Below, in pieces: positions 1-11,000 of a DNA stretch of 64,000 nt. Position 1 is the stretch's first letter, and every line of letters starts with the position of its first letter. Made by a program: the position numbers and the translations under genes. The DNA lies in contig OZ038378.1 in assembly GCA_964036045.1 (NCBI GenBank), forward strand, positions 173,724,001 through 173,788,000, read 5' to 3'. The DNA is from Eutreptiella sp. 'Long Island Sound 2002'. Its lineage: Eukaryota; Protista; Euglenida. Below the pieces are notes generated by a model, which did not search any database, was not told the DNA's origin, and worked only from the letters and a program-made list of their open reading frames with translations.

Positions 1-1062
1 CAGCGCGCTGGGCATCTTTTTGGGCCACTTTTGATACGGAGCCGTAATCCACGCTTTTTGCATGGCCCCTTTCCGGTTGGGGATATGATGAATGCCCCTT
101 TCCACAAGTTTTTTGTTCCATACTGGGGTTATTTTTAGCTTCTTATGCTTTTTTTTTGGATGTGGCATATTTGATTGTCACCCATTTTTACCCATTTTCT
201 ATCCCTCTTATCTCCGCACCATGGGGAACCCGAGAAGGGAGGGGCGATGTAGCAATATTGATCTATCCTCACCATGGGGACCCCAAGAAGGCAGGGGTAA
301 TGTAGCCATATTGATCTATCCCCACCATGGGGACCCCGAGAAGGTAGGGGTGCGGTTGTCTCATACCTGTGGTGATTTCTTTGATTTTGAGGTTGGGAGC
401 CATGACGGCGCTTATAAAGGCCGGATTCATGTAATTGTGCCATTCATTGGAAGGAAGAATGGATCTTTGACGGCCCGGCAACAGTCGTACAATGATGTGC
501 ATGGGTGGAAAACAGCACGCATTGAGCATTTGTTTGGACAGTTGTGGCATTGGGTTTTGGTTAGGAACATGTGGTGTGGCGGCCCTACTGAGTTGCTCCA
601 GTCCGTGTGTGTTTTGTTGCATTTCACGCAATTTTGCATTCGGAGGCATGTCCGTCACCCTCCTTATGGGCCATGGGACCATGTCCCGCCTCATGTTTGG
701 ACTGATAAAACCAACTCAGCCACCACGCAAGATGAGGGAAAGGATGAGGAAGATGTGTGTGCGTTGTGTTGTCAGAAGTGCTCCACCATCACAGTTTGTG
801 GTGAGTGCCAGGAGCATTATTGTGACAAATGTATTGATGCCCACACTTGTGGGGAACAAGTTGTTTATTAGCCAATACATGATGGATACAGATTGTTGTT
901 GAATTCAGCTATTTCGACTTATGCAGCATGCTTTGTAGGGAAGGTTTGCGGTCCACTCTGGTCAACTTGGGGGGCTCCTCTAGGGGAGGGTAAATCCGGG
1001 ATTAAAGCCGGGATAGTTAATACAAAAGTAGCGCGCAGGGCGCGCGCAGGGCAAACACCCCC

Positions 1063-1064
<2 letters not shown>
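1..1064 (+). mobile_element. Internally deleted PIF/Harbinger-like DNA transposon (left end cut by window edge)
   Basis: Window starts CAGCGCGCTGGGCATCTTTT, matching the left subterminal sequence of the MITEs at 7771 and 49521. Positions ~890-1064 align with the right ends of those MITEs (...GTAGCGCGC..GGGCAAACACCCCCCC). Contains a DDE_Tnp_4-like fragment. Confidence 0.75.
390..871 (+). pseudogene. C-terminal fragment of PIF/Harbinger (DDE_Tnp_4-like) transposase with terminal Cys/His finger
   Basis: Translation DGAYKG..VIVPF..Q..YNDVH..ARIEHLFGQLWHW matches the D-x-AY / PF / YN-x2-H / IE-x2-FG-x-L signature of Harbinger transposases. Ends CALCCQKC..VCGECQEHYCDKCIDAHTC. The N-terminal catalytic region is absent. 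Confidence 0.75.

Positions 1065-1150
<86 letters not shown>
1065..1150. repeat. (TG)n microsatellite
   Basis: Pure TG dinucleotide run directly abutting the Harbinger right end. Confidence 0.98.
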
Positions 1151-1152
<2 letters not shown>

Positions 1153-2162
1153 CATGTGCATGTATGTGTGAGTAGACTGCTGGATATGTAGTCTAGAGAC
1201 CTCCGCATCACAGGCCTTTTCTCAGTGTTCAGTTTAATTTTGGTCCCGTCACATTTGTCCACGTGAGTGCCGGACAGCCGGAGGCAAACCCAAGTTTCTT
1301 TTTTGACATGGGCTGTGGTCAGGCCGGCTTTGCTCTCATGTTCCTTTTTTTATGCCATATTTGTCTGGTTTCATGGATTTCTATTCAGCATCTGCTTGCC
1401 TCGCAGACGCTTGACGCCGGCATCTTGTACCTTCTCCCTGACATATCTCACTCGATCCGGCCCCAGCCACGGTCTAGTATCCAGTGCAGGCAATAAATGC
1501 CTTCAGCATTTGAATATTTGAACATTTTGAAATGGAATCATCGGCTGAACATGCCCAACCAGCATTTTGGGAGGCGTGTTCAAGGAAAGGGGATGCCCTG
1601 AAGGGCAGGCATGAAGGCAGGCACCACAGCCGGCTCAGGAGCAGTACTTGCAGCCAGCTATGCTGAATGCCCCCATCAATAACTGCGCAGAGGAGCACTT
1701 GACGTGATGGATGCGTGGTGCGCACACAGTGCAGAGATTCTCCCATGTTTCTACCTCTCTACCATGACCCAGAATCATGGCGTTTTGCTGGGTTCTGGGC
1801 TGAGCTGTGCTTACAGCAGGGCTGGAAACAAGGAATCCAACCGCAATATGTGCTGACCAACTATTTTCCCTGTGCCAAAGCGTCATGTCCTGCCATCTTT
1901 CAAACGATCCACAACACCAGCTGGCCAACATTGAGACCAACACACGCCACACAACAGCTACTCAAGACCGCCATGCCATGTGGATACCTAGGAGGCAGCA
2001 GCCGGTTCAACTCACATGTGGGACTACTGTTGGAGGTCTTTGGGAAGGTCTGCCGTCCCCAATGCACCAACTGTGGGACCTTTGTCATGGAGGATGAAAC
2101 AGGATCATCTCAGGCACACAAGGGCCACAGGGTGACACGGTGCGTGCGCAGTGCATTTGACA

Positions 2163-3329
2163 CCCCCCCCCCTTTGCGCAGGCAAGGCCTTGTCTAGGCA
2201 CAGCAACCCTATCTGGCCGTTGTTTTTTGGACCGCAGTTTGGGTGGTCCAAAATGCAAGAAGACATGTTTGTCAGTTGGCTGCAGTCGGAAGACGGAGCT
2301 GGTTAATGCCCCAATAAGTTGGTTCTGGTCATATCAACATTGTGCTTGCCGCTGCAAGTCAGTTCCATTTGTTTTGATGACATTTTCGGCTGTGGGTAAT
2401 TTTGCTGGAACCGGCTGTTGCATACATCCGATTCAGCACTGGTTACCATGTGCCTACCACCATAATGAAGATTGTGCACAATAGTAGATTGTATGGACAA
2501 AGCTGCCCGCTGTATTGGGGACTGGGACATGCGTTTGATGGCAAGCTCTACTTCACAAAGCATATTGTTGATGACGGTGTTGTCCCAAAGCACAAGAACG
2601 CCAAAGCCGCACCGAAGACTGCCCCCAAACGCAAGCAATTGTTTCAAATGAAGCGGTGGGACCGGCTTTTCTTCCACTGCTCCTGATGTACCTGGTCGCA
2701 GTCACTGGTCGGCCTGCGCTCTGTTGCAGTCTGACGTGACAGAGTCCCACGGCGTTCTTTGTTTCTCAAGTGAGAACCGCCCTCACTCCTGCCCAAGCTA
2801 CAGCCTTATCCAAGGTGCTGCACATTGACTTGCCAAAGTTCTGTCTTCAGATTGCAGACTTGGTGCGCAGATTGAAGATGGGGGCAAACTGCTTGGAGCT
2901 GTCTGTTCTGTGTGTAAGAGGGCATCAGCCCAAGCTGCACATGCGGGGCGTAAGCTGCGGGACATTGGGAACCACATCTAATCTGAAATCTTCAACCCCT
3001 TCCCCTGTCCCTTTGCGCTGGCACGGCCTTGTCTATGCACAGTGACCCCATTCTGACCGTTGTTTTTCTGACCGCAGACTTAGGGGCTACGAAAGCAAGA
3101 TGACAGATTTGTAAGCCTTTGGTGGCCGGAGGGAGAGGCTGGGTGATGCATGTGAAGAGTTGCTTCTGCTCACAACAACGTTGTGTGCGGAAGACTGCAA
3201 CCCTCTTCTAATTGGTGTGATGTGAATTTTCTTGTCTATGGTGTCCATGCGCAAGCAGAGCCTTGTCTAAGCACGGGATCCCCGTCTGACCCTCAACTTC
3301 CCTGTGTTAGACCGTACTTGCGCAAGAGG
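2163..3329 (+). mobile_element. Degenerate CCC-terminal TIR element with coding remnant
   Basis: Starts C10-TTTGCGCAGGC and ends ACTTGCGCAAGAGG (degenerate inverted match). Carries three copies of the subterminal motif GCCTTGTCTA.GCAC..(C)CC.TCTGACC (~2187, ~3026, ~3260), also present in the MITEs at 28813 and 47573. Remnant ORF 2402-2686 has CP..WGLGH....KLYFT. Confidence 0.5.
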
Positions 3330-3666
3330 ATGTGTGGGTCAGCCTGGACCAGCGCAGTGGCGAGTCTGGGATGGCACGCACAGGGACAGAGGGTGAGCAG
3401 GGAAGACTATTGCAGGCAGGTGCAATGTGACGCCTTGTGGCGAGCTGGAAGGCCTGCAGGCGTGGCAGAGCTCACTGCAGTCGATTGCATCAGATGTAGC
3501 TCTCAACGCACGTTTCACATTACAAATAAGGCATGCGTTAGCTTTGAAACTTGATATTGCGAAATCTCTGTTGAGTATTGATCGGTTGTGGGCGTTGCTC
3601 TGCTCCCCACAGCGCACACAGAAAGTGCGTGTCGATCATGCATATGTTCAGGAGGGCCCAGCTGAT

Positions 3667-3781
3667 GTGACCCTGTCAATGCACTCACACCGTGGGGGGA
3701 ACACTGTATTGATCTCTATATACATGCGATACCAGGATTGTTCCCGGGTGTTTGAGAAAGTCAGTCACAAACAAATTTGAC
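3667..3781 (+). repeat. 115-bp direct repeat, copy 1 (identical to 7163-7277)
   Basis: GTGACCCTGTCAATGC...CACAAACAAATTTGAC occurs identically on both sides of the YR retroelement. Confidence 0.95.
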
Positions 3782-3924
3782 TGTAGTTAGTATAGCGCAG
3801 CGGGGTAACGAAAGTTCTGCCACCGGGCCCCCAGCACCCCCCCCCCCTGTCCTGCTTCCCCTCCTCCCTCCTCCCCTCCTTAGCCTTTTTATAATTTAAA
3901 GGCGGGGGTACATCGGGTCATCCA

Positions 3925-5115
3925 ATGGGCTCGGCCAAAAATGATGGGGCTTGGGACTGGAGACGTCTAAAAGACGAGGACCCCGCGGCGAAGTCAACAG
4001 CATGGGCCCACCTGATTCAGACGCCCTGGATGGCCCGTATGATCCCGCTTCAGCATCGTACAGAGGTGCTGGTGGCGGGCGTGGCAGGATGGTCTCGGGA
4101 CGGAGTCAGCTGGAGTGCGGTGAAGCTGGCCAGGACCTTCCATGAGACGCTGGGGATCTCGTTTCAATCCCCTGATCCGCAGCGGTACGTCGACGCGCTG
4201 CTGTATGGGCTGACACTTGCCTGGGGAGTAGAGGTGACTGCGTTCAGCCTGTCTGCGGAAGAGGCGGCCGTCGGGTTCGCTGTCTGCGACTTATTCGCCA
4301 AGCCGCCTGGAAAATCGGCGAGCAGGAGAGGAGGAGTGGGGATCAAGGGTGAGAGACACTCTCAGGGGAAGAACGCAAAGCCCGAGACCAACAGTGGTAT
4401 GGCTCTGGACGAGGAGGCGGGCGCCGGAGCCGGTGAGCGCGAAGGAGGTGGGGGGCCGGCCGCGGCTGAGGAGGACGAGGAGGACGAACTGACGTACAAG
4501 GAGCCCAGCTTCAAAAATGCCAGGTGGATGAGAAAGAGGCCCGGGGCCCCGCGGTGGACGGTCAAACTGTGCCGCCTGGTTGAGAGGTTAATGGAGGCCG
4601 AGGAGTCTGAGACTGCGACAGAGGTGTCCACGATCATTGACGATGTCTGGCAATTGCTCCTTGATTGCGACAAGTCGGGTAAGGACGCGGTCAAGGCAAA
4701 AATAAAGGAGGTCAAAAGGAGGAACAAGAAGAAGGCCAAAAAACAGAGGCGAAAGGAGAAAAAGAAGGAGATGAAGGAGCGCCGATCATCTCGGAGGGGA
4801 AAAGGGAGGCGCAGGTCCTCCGACTCGGATTCGTCGTCCACGGACAGTAGCAGCGACAGTGCGTCCCATACATCATCCTCGGCAAGCTCCAGCTCATCGG
4901 GGCGCCACTCAAAGCGCAAAAGCAGAGGTGGCACGCAGGGGAGCACGAGTCAGCCGGAGTTCAAGTGGATAGACGGAAAGCGCCACTTCCGCAGCAAGAA
5001 AACAGGAGACTGGGTTAATTGCGAAAACCCTCCAAAAACGGCATGCCCGGAGTGTGGTGGCCACCATTGGTGGTTTGACAGGGAGAAGCACGGGTGTAAA
5101 GGCCGAAGGAAGTGA
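3925..5115 (+). CDS. Gag-like ORF1 of YR retrotransposon (K/R/S-rich linker, C-terminal zinc-knuckle-like motif)
   Basis: Open 396-aa ORF. C-terminal CPECGGHHWWFDREKHGC. Lies immediately upstream of the YR ORF and is preceded by a C/T-rich tract with AG (3836-3883), a possible trans-splice acceptor. Confidence 0.7.
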   Translation: MGSAKNDGAWDWRRLKDEDPAAKSTAWAHLIQTPWMARMIPLQHRTEVLVAGVAGWSRDGVSWSAVKLARTFHETLGISFQSPDPQRYVDALLYGLTLAWGVEVTAFSLSAEEAAVGFAVCDLFAKPPGKSASRRGGVGIKGERHSQGKNAKPETNSGMALDEEAGAGAGEREGGGGPAAAEEDEEDELTYKEPSFKNARWMRKRPGAPRWTVKLCRLVERLMEAEESETATEVSTIIDDVWQLLLDCDKSGKDAVKAKIKEVKRRNKKKAKKQRRKEKKKEMKERRSSRRGKGRRRSSDSDSSSTDSSSDSASHTSSSASSSSSGRHSKRKSRGGTQGSTSQPEFKWIDGKRHFRSKKTGDWVNCENPPKTACPECGGHHWWFDREKHGCKGRRK

Positions 5116-5223
5116 CTGCGGAGCCATGACGATGGAGACGGGGCTGCAGGAGGCACGCGGGGGGACGAGGAGTGCGAGCGCGAGTGGCCGTGGGCGACCG
5201 CGCGCGACAGACTCGAGGCGGCG

Positions 5224-7162
5224 ATGGCTGACGAGTACGGGACGGCTTTTGAGGCCACGACAGTGCGGGGCCTGCAGGATGGTACCCTCGACGGGTATCT
5301 GCGGCAGCTCAGGCAACTGGCCAGGCTGGAGCGGATGCGACCAGGCGACGGTGCTCGGGGTATACTGGAGGCCAGGCTCATGCAGGTTGTGCAGGGCGAC
5401 CTGTCAGAGAGCGCCGCAAAAATCGTTCTGGCTGCGGCAAGGCTGGCCGAAAAAATGGAGTGGCTTGCCCCGGTGGTGCGGAAGTCTGATTGGTACCTGG
5501 TTATGTCTATCGAACAGCGGCGGTGCAAAGAGCAGCGGGCGGAGGCGAAGGAGTGGGCGCAACTGGAGGACCTGTGCAGGCTGTGTGCGGCTGCCTCCAG
5601 CTTTGCGGAATGGGAGGCGGTGGCGCTGGCGTGCGTGTCGGTGGGACACTGCCTGCGGGGTTCCGAGGCGGGGGGTGGGGTGGGGCAGGAAGATGAAGGA
5701 GTGCGGTTTTTTGGAACAAAGTCCAGGAGGGGGGTCCAGCGACAGGAAGTGGGGCCCTGGGTGCGAGAATGGTTACAGTTCGTGGCGAAACTCAGGGCAC
5801 TCAAGGGGTTCCACCCCGACAGGGGGGCGTGGCACGAGTCCAGGGAAGCGCTGGGGAAGACGTTGGTCAGCCTGCTGGAGAGGGGGGAGGGGAAGAAAAC
5901 TGTCCGGTGGCACAGTTTCCGTAGGATGGGGGCAGCACAACTTCGGAAAATGGGGGCGCCGCTCACAACAATCATGCTGTGGGGGGGGTGGAAGTCAGCG
6001 AAAGTCGCGCAGATGTATACCGAGGCCCCCCCCAGGTGGAAGTTTTCCCGCTCGGGAAAAATCCCATGGCCCATGTGGGGGGGGGGGGGGCAGAGCCAGG
6101 CTACTGCACAAAGCAGGGCTCCACACTCTCTTTCTGGCCGTCATGGATACGCCGGGAAATCGCCTTCGCGGCCGGGGAAGCTTCCCGACTTGCTGGGGGA
6201 TCGCCTGAGGGGGGTGAGAATGCACGCAAACGAGGAAGGACAGTGTCCCCGAGTGCGAGTGCTGCGAGGACAGTTGCGAGATGCGGCGAGGGCGATAAGC
6301 GAAATGCGGGGCGTCAAGGTGCACAGGCAAGAGATGGTGCGTAACCTCATTACGGGGATGGGTGAGGCAGTGCTCAGACTTGAGTGTGGAGAGGAGGGTC
6401 TGGATACGCTGTGCAGTGTGTTGACAAAAGTTGGGGAGGGGGACTTAGACGAGGAGGACGATGGGTACTACAGTAGTAGTGACGAGGAGGGGGTGGTTAC
6501 CGAGGAAATGGCTGCTCGGGGGGTGGGGGAAGCGGGGTGTGTGACAGTGTCGGATAAGATCTGGAACAGCCTGGTCCCTCGTGACCTTCTGGGGGTGTAC
6601 CGGAGGCAGTTGAGGGAGGACAGTGCGGGGGTTGAAAAGTCACAGGGGGGGAGACCGGGGCCTGTGGATGCAATGCTGGAATCCCTCAGAACTGAGACTA
6701 AGGGACTGCGCAGAACAAAGCGACCCGAGACGGCCAAAATGTTCCTTACGTGGAAGAATGCACTAAAATGCCGAGCCATTCTTGATGCGCGGGGAGTCAA
6801 CGCAAGCGACCCCCGGAAGCCCCCAAAGTTCAGACTCCCTGGGCTGGAGGCCATCCGCCACTGGATGGGACGTGCGCGCCCTCGGCGTGTGGGGGGAGGC
6901 AGGTGCCGTGTTTTTTTGGCTAAACTGGACCTGCAGAATGCTTACTGGAGCATCCGCCTCCCCACCGCATGGCGCAGTGTTTTTTTGGTGGGGGGGCGGT
7001 CGGGTAGGCGTTTTCGATATGCAAGGCTGCCTTTCGGATGGGCCTATAGCCCTGTGATATGTCAGAAGCTGGTATCCTCTGTTATCCGGGGGGCCTTGTC
7101 GAGACGTGGTGTGCGGGGTTGGGTGTATCTGGACGACATTTTACTGTCGTGCAGGAGCAAGA
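5224..7162 (+). pseudogene. Tyrosine recombinase followed by truncated reverse transcriptase
   Basis: YR: LRGSE (R, ~5653), GTKS (K), HSFRR (5911), WGGW..AQMY (W/Y, ~6016). RT: LAKLDLQNAY (~6916), LPFGWAYSP (~7027), YLDD (7126-7137). The true start is probably ATG ~5126/5132 via a frameshift in the G6 run at 5159-5164. The ORF-track tail after 7162 is just the 115-bp repeat. Confidence 0.85.
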
Positions 7163-7277
7163 GTGACCCTGTCAATGCACTCACACCGTGGGGGGAACAC
7201 TGTATTGATCTCTATATACATGCGATACCAGGATTGTTCCCGGGTGTTTGAGAAAGTCAGTCACAAACAAATTTGAC
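7163..7277 (+). repeat. 115-bp direct repeat, copy 2
   Basis: Identical to 3667-3781; begins 25 nt after the YLDD codons. Confidence 0.95.
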
Positions 7278-7379
7278 AACAAACAATCACGTAGTGGTGT
7301 CCATGACTGAGCTCACCCATCTCCAGGTCCCGCATGGATGCCACTGCTGAGTTTGTGTCCTGAGATGATGAGGGCACTG

Positions 7380-7420
7380 CCCCATCCCCATCCCCATCCC
7401 CATCCCCATGCCCATGCCCA
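7380..7420. repeat. (CCCCAT)n hexamer microsatellite
   Basis: About 7 units of CCCCAT/GCCCAT. Confidence 0.9.
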
Positions 7421-7770
7421 GTTGGGGCAGTCCAGTGGTTGGATCAGGTGCCAGCGCCACAAGAAGCGTGCACGCCACAGCATCAGAACATGCAGTGGTC
7501 GCCCCTGAGCCTGTAGAATTGCAGAGGCACCTGAAAGCTGTTGGATCATTTTGTTATCTCTTGGAAACGACCAAAGCCGTAAAACAGAATGCACGCAATG
7601 CGGACGCTTTGTCTTGCAGGTACCACGGCGACCCCATTTTTGGGCCTTCCCCCAGACAATATGGATTCATCGTATAAGGGGATGGTGTTGAGCTATCTGT
7701 GGTAAGCGCAGAAAAACGATTTTCCTATTCTTGTTGTCTGCTTTGTGTGACTCCGCCATGTCTGATGTTG

Positions 7771-8140
7771 GGGGGGGAGCGTTAGCGCGCCGGGCACGCG
7801 CCGGGCATCTTTTTTTTTTATCATTCCCCACCCGTGCCTGTTTTTGCACCCACCTCACCAAACAATTTGGAGTACCTCCTTGCTGTGTCTAAAAATTTGG
7901 CCCATCTTTTGCACCCAGTTTATGACGATGGCAAGGGTGGTGGTTGGAAGTGGTGGGAGTGACATTTTGTGTTGCTGAATTCTCATATTTCGGCTTATAC
8001 AAGGTGCCTTGCAAAGAAGGTTTGCGGTCTAGTGCGGTCTACTTGGGGGACTTCCCTAGGTGAGGATAAAGTTGGGGCTAGAGATAAGATACTTAATGCA
8101 AAGGTAGCGCGCCGGGCATGCGCCGGGCAAACATTCCCCC
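7771..8140 (+). mobile_element. Harbinger/Tourist-like MITE, copy 1
   Basis: TIRs GGGGGAGCGTT...AACATTCCCCC, flanked by TTG on both sides (7768-7770, 8141-8143). Aligns end to end with 49521-49897. Confidence 0.85.
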
Positions 8141-10149
8141 TTGTAGGTCGTCATGAATCTGGACCGAAAACATCAAAGCACGGCACTGCACCAAAATTTC
8201 TAAGGCAGCAGCCCATCTGGTAGAGCATGATGTATTTTTATGAGTCATGCACTGACACATGAAGGTCACCAGCTAGTACAGAATGGAAAAGTGCCCAAAC
8301 CTTGCGCGCACTGTGGACCACGGACGCAAAAAACATTCCCTTCGGCATCTTTTTCAGGGTTCTATCCATGGGGTTACTGCCAGGTGCTTAACGAAAAAGA
8401 TTCGACACGTGCACGCACCGTGCGACAATGCGCTCCAAAGGTTGATCCCAATCCGTCTTGAGAGCCACAGGAATTGGAGCTACATTTCATCACGTGCTGA
8501 TTTCAATCTGGCCACTAGCAGTGCATCTGGTTCATTTCGGTTTCGAACCCACCGTTCATATTGTTCATGAAACCTTTTGTTTTTGAACCCTCGAGTACCC
8601 TCAGCAGGTGGGGGAGAGCTCTGAAAGTCCAGCATGTCCCGTCCAGGGCTACATTTTGAAGACGTGTCTTCTGACCAATTACTGCCCATGAAACTCCGTG
8701 AGTTCTTGCTGTGGAGTTTGTACACACCCAGGTGCCCACAACAGAGCCCCAGTCCGCTAACAGGTATAGGGGAATGCCACCGCAGATGTTGCCAGGATCA
8801 CAGGGACGTAGTATGCGTCCTGCCCTGTGCCTGCATTCGGTGAGTGCTTTCACAAGTCTGACATCAGCTTTTGACGGATCAAGACTGCTTCGCATTCAGG
8901 CTCTGAGAGACCTCATCCATCGATGACAGAGGGTGTTTGGGCTTAAGTTGGCTTCGGCATGAGCAGTAGACCATTGCCACATGCACTTCGCAAGGCTGAG
9001 TCCATGGCTCCGTGCCCAGAGAGGAACCCTGATTTCAACCAAATGAAGGTCAACCAAAGGTATCACAGAAGCGCAGATTGCCATGCACTGCCTCTAGAAA
9101 TGAAGTTGAATAATACGGACACTACAGTGAAGGAGGTGTATGCTTTGCACCGAAATATTGTCGAATGGTACAGTTATGTGTGTGTATATATATGATATGT
9201 ACACACAGATATGTTATTGTCTTTTTATCAAATTGGCACAAACATTGAGCTCATGATGTTCCCTCTGTTTCATTTTATTTTGCTTGCCTTTTTTACTCTG
9301 CCTATTGCAGCGGATGCCCAAGACCTCAGCATTCCACGGTCAGGCTTCCCACAGAGGCCACAGCATGTGGTATGCATGTGGATAGGGGGGGCATGGTACT
9401 AGGGCCTGGAGTATGACCCCCTTGTAGAGTACTCAGACAAGTGCAGCAGGGTCACAGTCACGTGAAATCCGGGACGGGGGGTATTCCACTCTATTGTTTC
9501 CTCTCTTCTCATCAAAGGACTATCTCCATACCCCCATTTGCAGGCCCCCCAGGTAACGCTTCCAGTATCGCCGGTTTACATGCAGTATACTACTGCGCAC
9601 GCGAATGGAAAAAGCATATGGGCCACGCACCCTGAGATGGTCAGCATGTATTGCATCAAGTGCCCCTCTCAAGGAAGTTGGACAAGCTCTTGAAGAAGAT
9701 GGAACTCGTTGTCCCCTCCTTTCACCCCCCGAAGCCCCTCCTCCAGCCCCCCCTGCTGCAACTTCTGTCCCTCCAAACATTTGGCCTCAGCGCTGTTTTG
9801 CTTAGCAAAAAGGACGGGCACATACACAATGGAGACCTATGAACTTATGTCAATACCTGACCTCAAGACCAATCACCAGATGCAGTCCAGCCAACACGGC
9901 TTGTACAAGTAGATCAAAAAACTTGCCCTTTGCCGTCTTGCCTTTTCGGTCTATTTCCATCATCTGATCATTGATTTCTGATTTTCCAGCAGCACATCAA
10001 TGGTCAGGAAATTCCTGATGAGCAAAGCATTTTCAGCTTTGGGGTTCCTTCAGGTGTGAATCTAGGTACACCTCTTTGGTGGTTTATGCACCACCCCAGT
10101 CCTGATGCATCACTGGGGTAAGTGGCATCCATTGGCCATGGTACAACTG

Positions 10150-11000
10150 TGACCATCTCCCACTGATGGGGGGGGGGGGCGGGATACTACTTGTCCAACC
10201 ACAACTTCTGGATTATACTTCCACTGTGCTTTTGCACATCCGCTCACATTGACATTCAACCAAATTTTTTCCATGGCAAAACATGAAAAGGCAATTTTCT
10301 GTGCAAGAACGAGCAAATTGCAGCTGTGTTTTGGAATGGCAGTGTCCTCCTCTCCTAAAGTGATGCCAATCACTGAAGTCCACTGTTTGGCCACCTTGGG
10401 TGACAAGGTTCCACTGTGGGATGTGACTCCTGCCTCGACTTTCCCCTTCGGCTACACCTCCTTGCTCCAACATCCTTCTCCCTAATCCCGCTCCTAGGTC
10501 CTTGCACTATGGCCCTCAAACCACAGTTGGCTCTTAGTGTTACCCCCTAATTTCCTACTTTTGCAAGGAGTGTGGGATCCTAATATCCTCTTAGATGCCC
10601 TCCCTAACACCTATGCAATTGTAGTATCTGATCACGCTAGCCTAGGGAAATGTTGTGCGGTGGCATGGCTTTGCTCCCCTGCCTCCCATGGGACGTTCAA
10701 AGTGCTACATGTAGTGTCCATTGGCTTGTTGCCATGTGAGGCGCTGCCACCAACCCCACCTGGATCCTTTTGGCAGAAAACTTCAAAAGCTCCACTACCC
10801 AAGGCGTAACCCTCCATGGAGCCTTGTAGTGGATTGACGGGCATGCTTACCAAGTCCTTTCGGGTGGACAACCCACCCATTTCACCAAGCAGGGCCCTCT
10901 CCCGGTGCATAGTGTTCCTGAGGGGCACTGTAGTAGAGGCAAACACAACCCTTCTCCCCATAGCCAATGCCCACATGACTACCCTCACCACTTTTAGCTT
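10150..11000 (-). pseudogene. Highly degenerate RNase H-like region of a non-LTR retrotransposon
   Basis: Minus-strand fragments LQGSM..GSGA (DGS-like) and VTSHSG..KVAKQW (SHxG..N..AD-like) at plausible spacing; many stops and frameshifts. Confidence 0.3.

Larger units (their letters stand above)
3782..7162 (+). mobile_element. Tyrosine-recombinase retrotransposon, gag-YR-RT order (VIPER/TATE-like), 3'-truncated inside RT
   Basis: GC-rich block with a gag-like ORF, then a YR with intact catalytic motifs, then RT motifs ending just after YLDD. No RNase H follows. Confidence 0.85.

Noticed and set aside
893-1171. ORFs with CVCV/HTHT runs here and at 52.0, 55.0-55.5 and 62.4-62.9 kb
   Set aside because: Translations of (TG)n/(CA)n microsatellites.
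4362-6074. Long antisense and alternate-frame ORFs (4362-4946, 4950-6074, 5054-6208)
   Set aside because: Shadow ORFs of GC-rich gag/YR coding sequence; no independent motifs.
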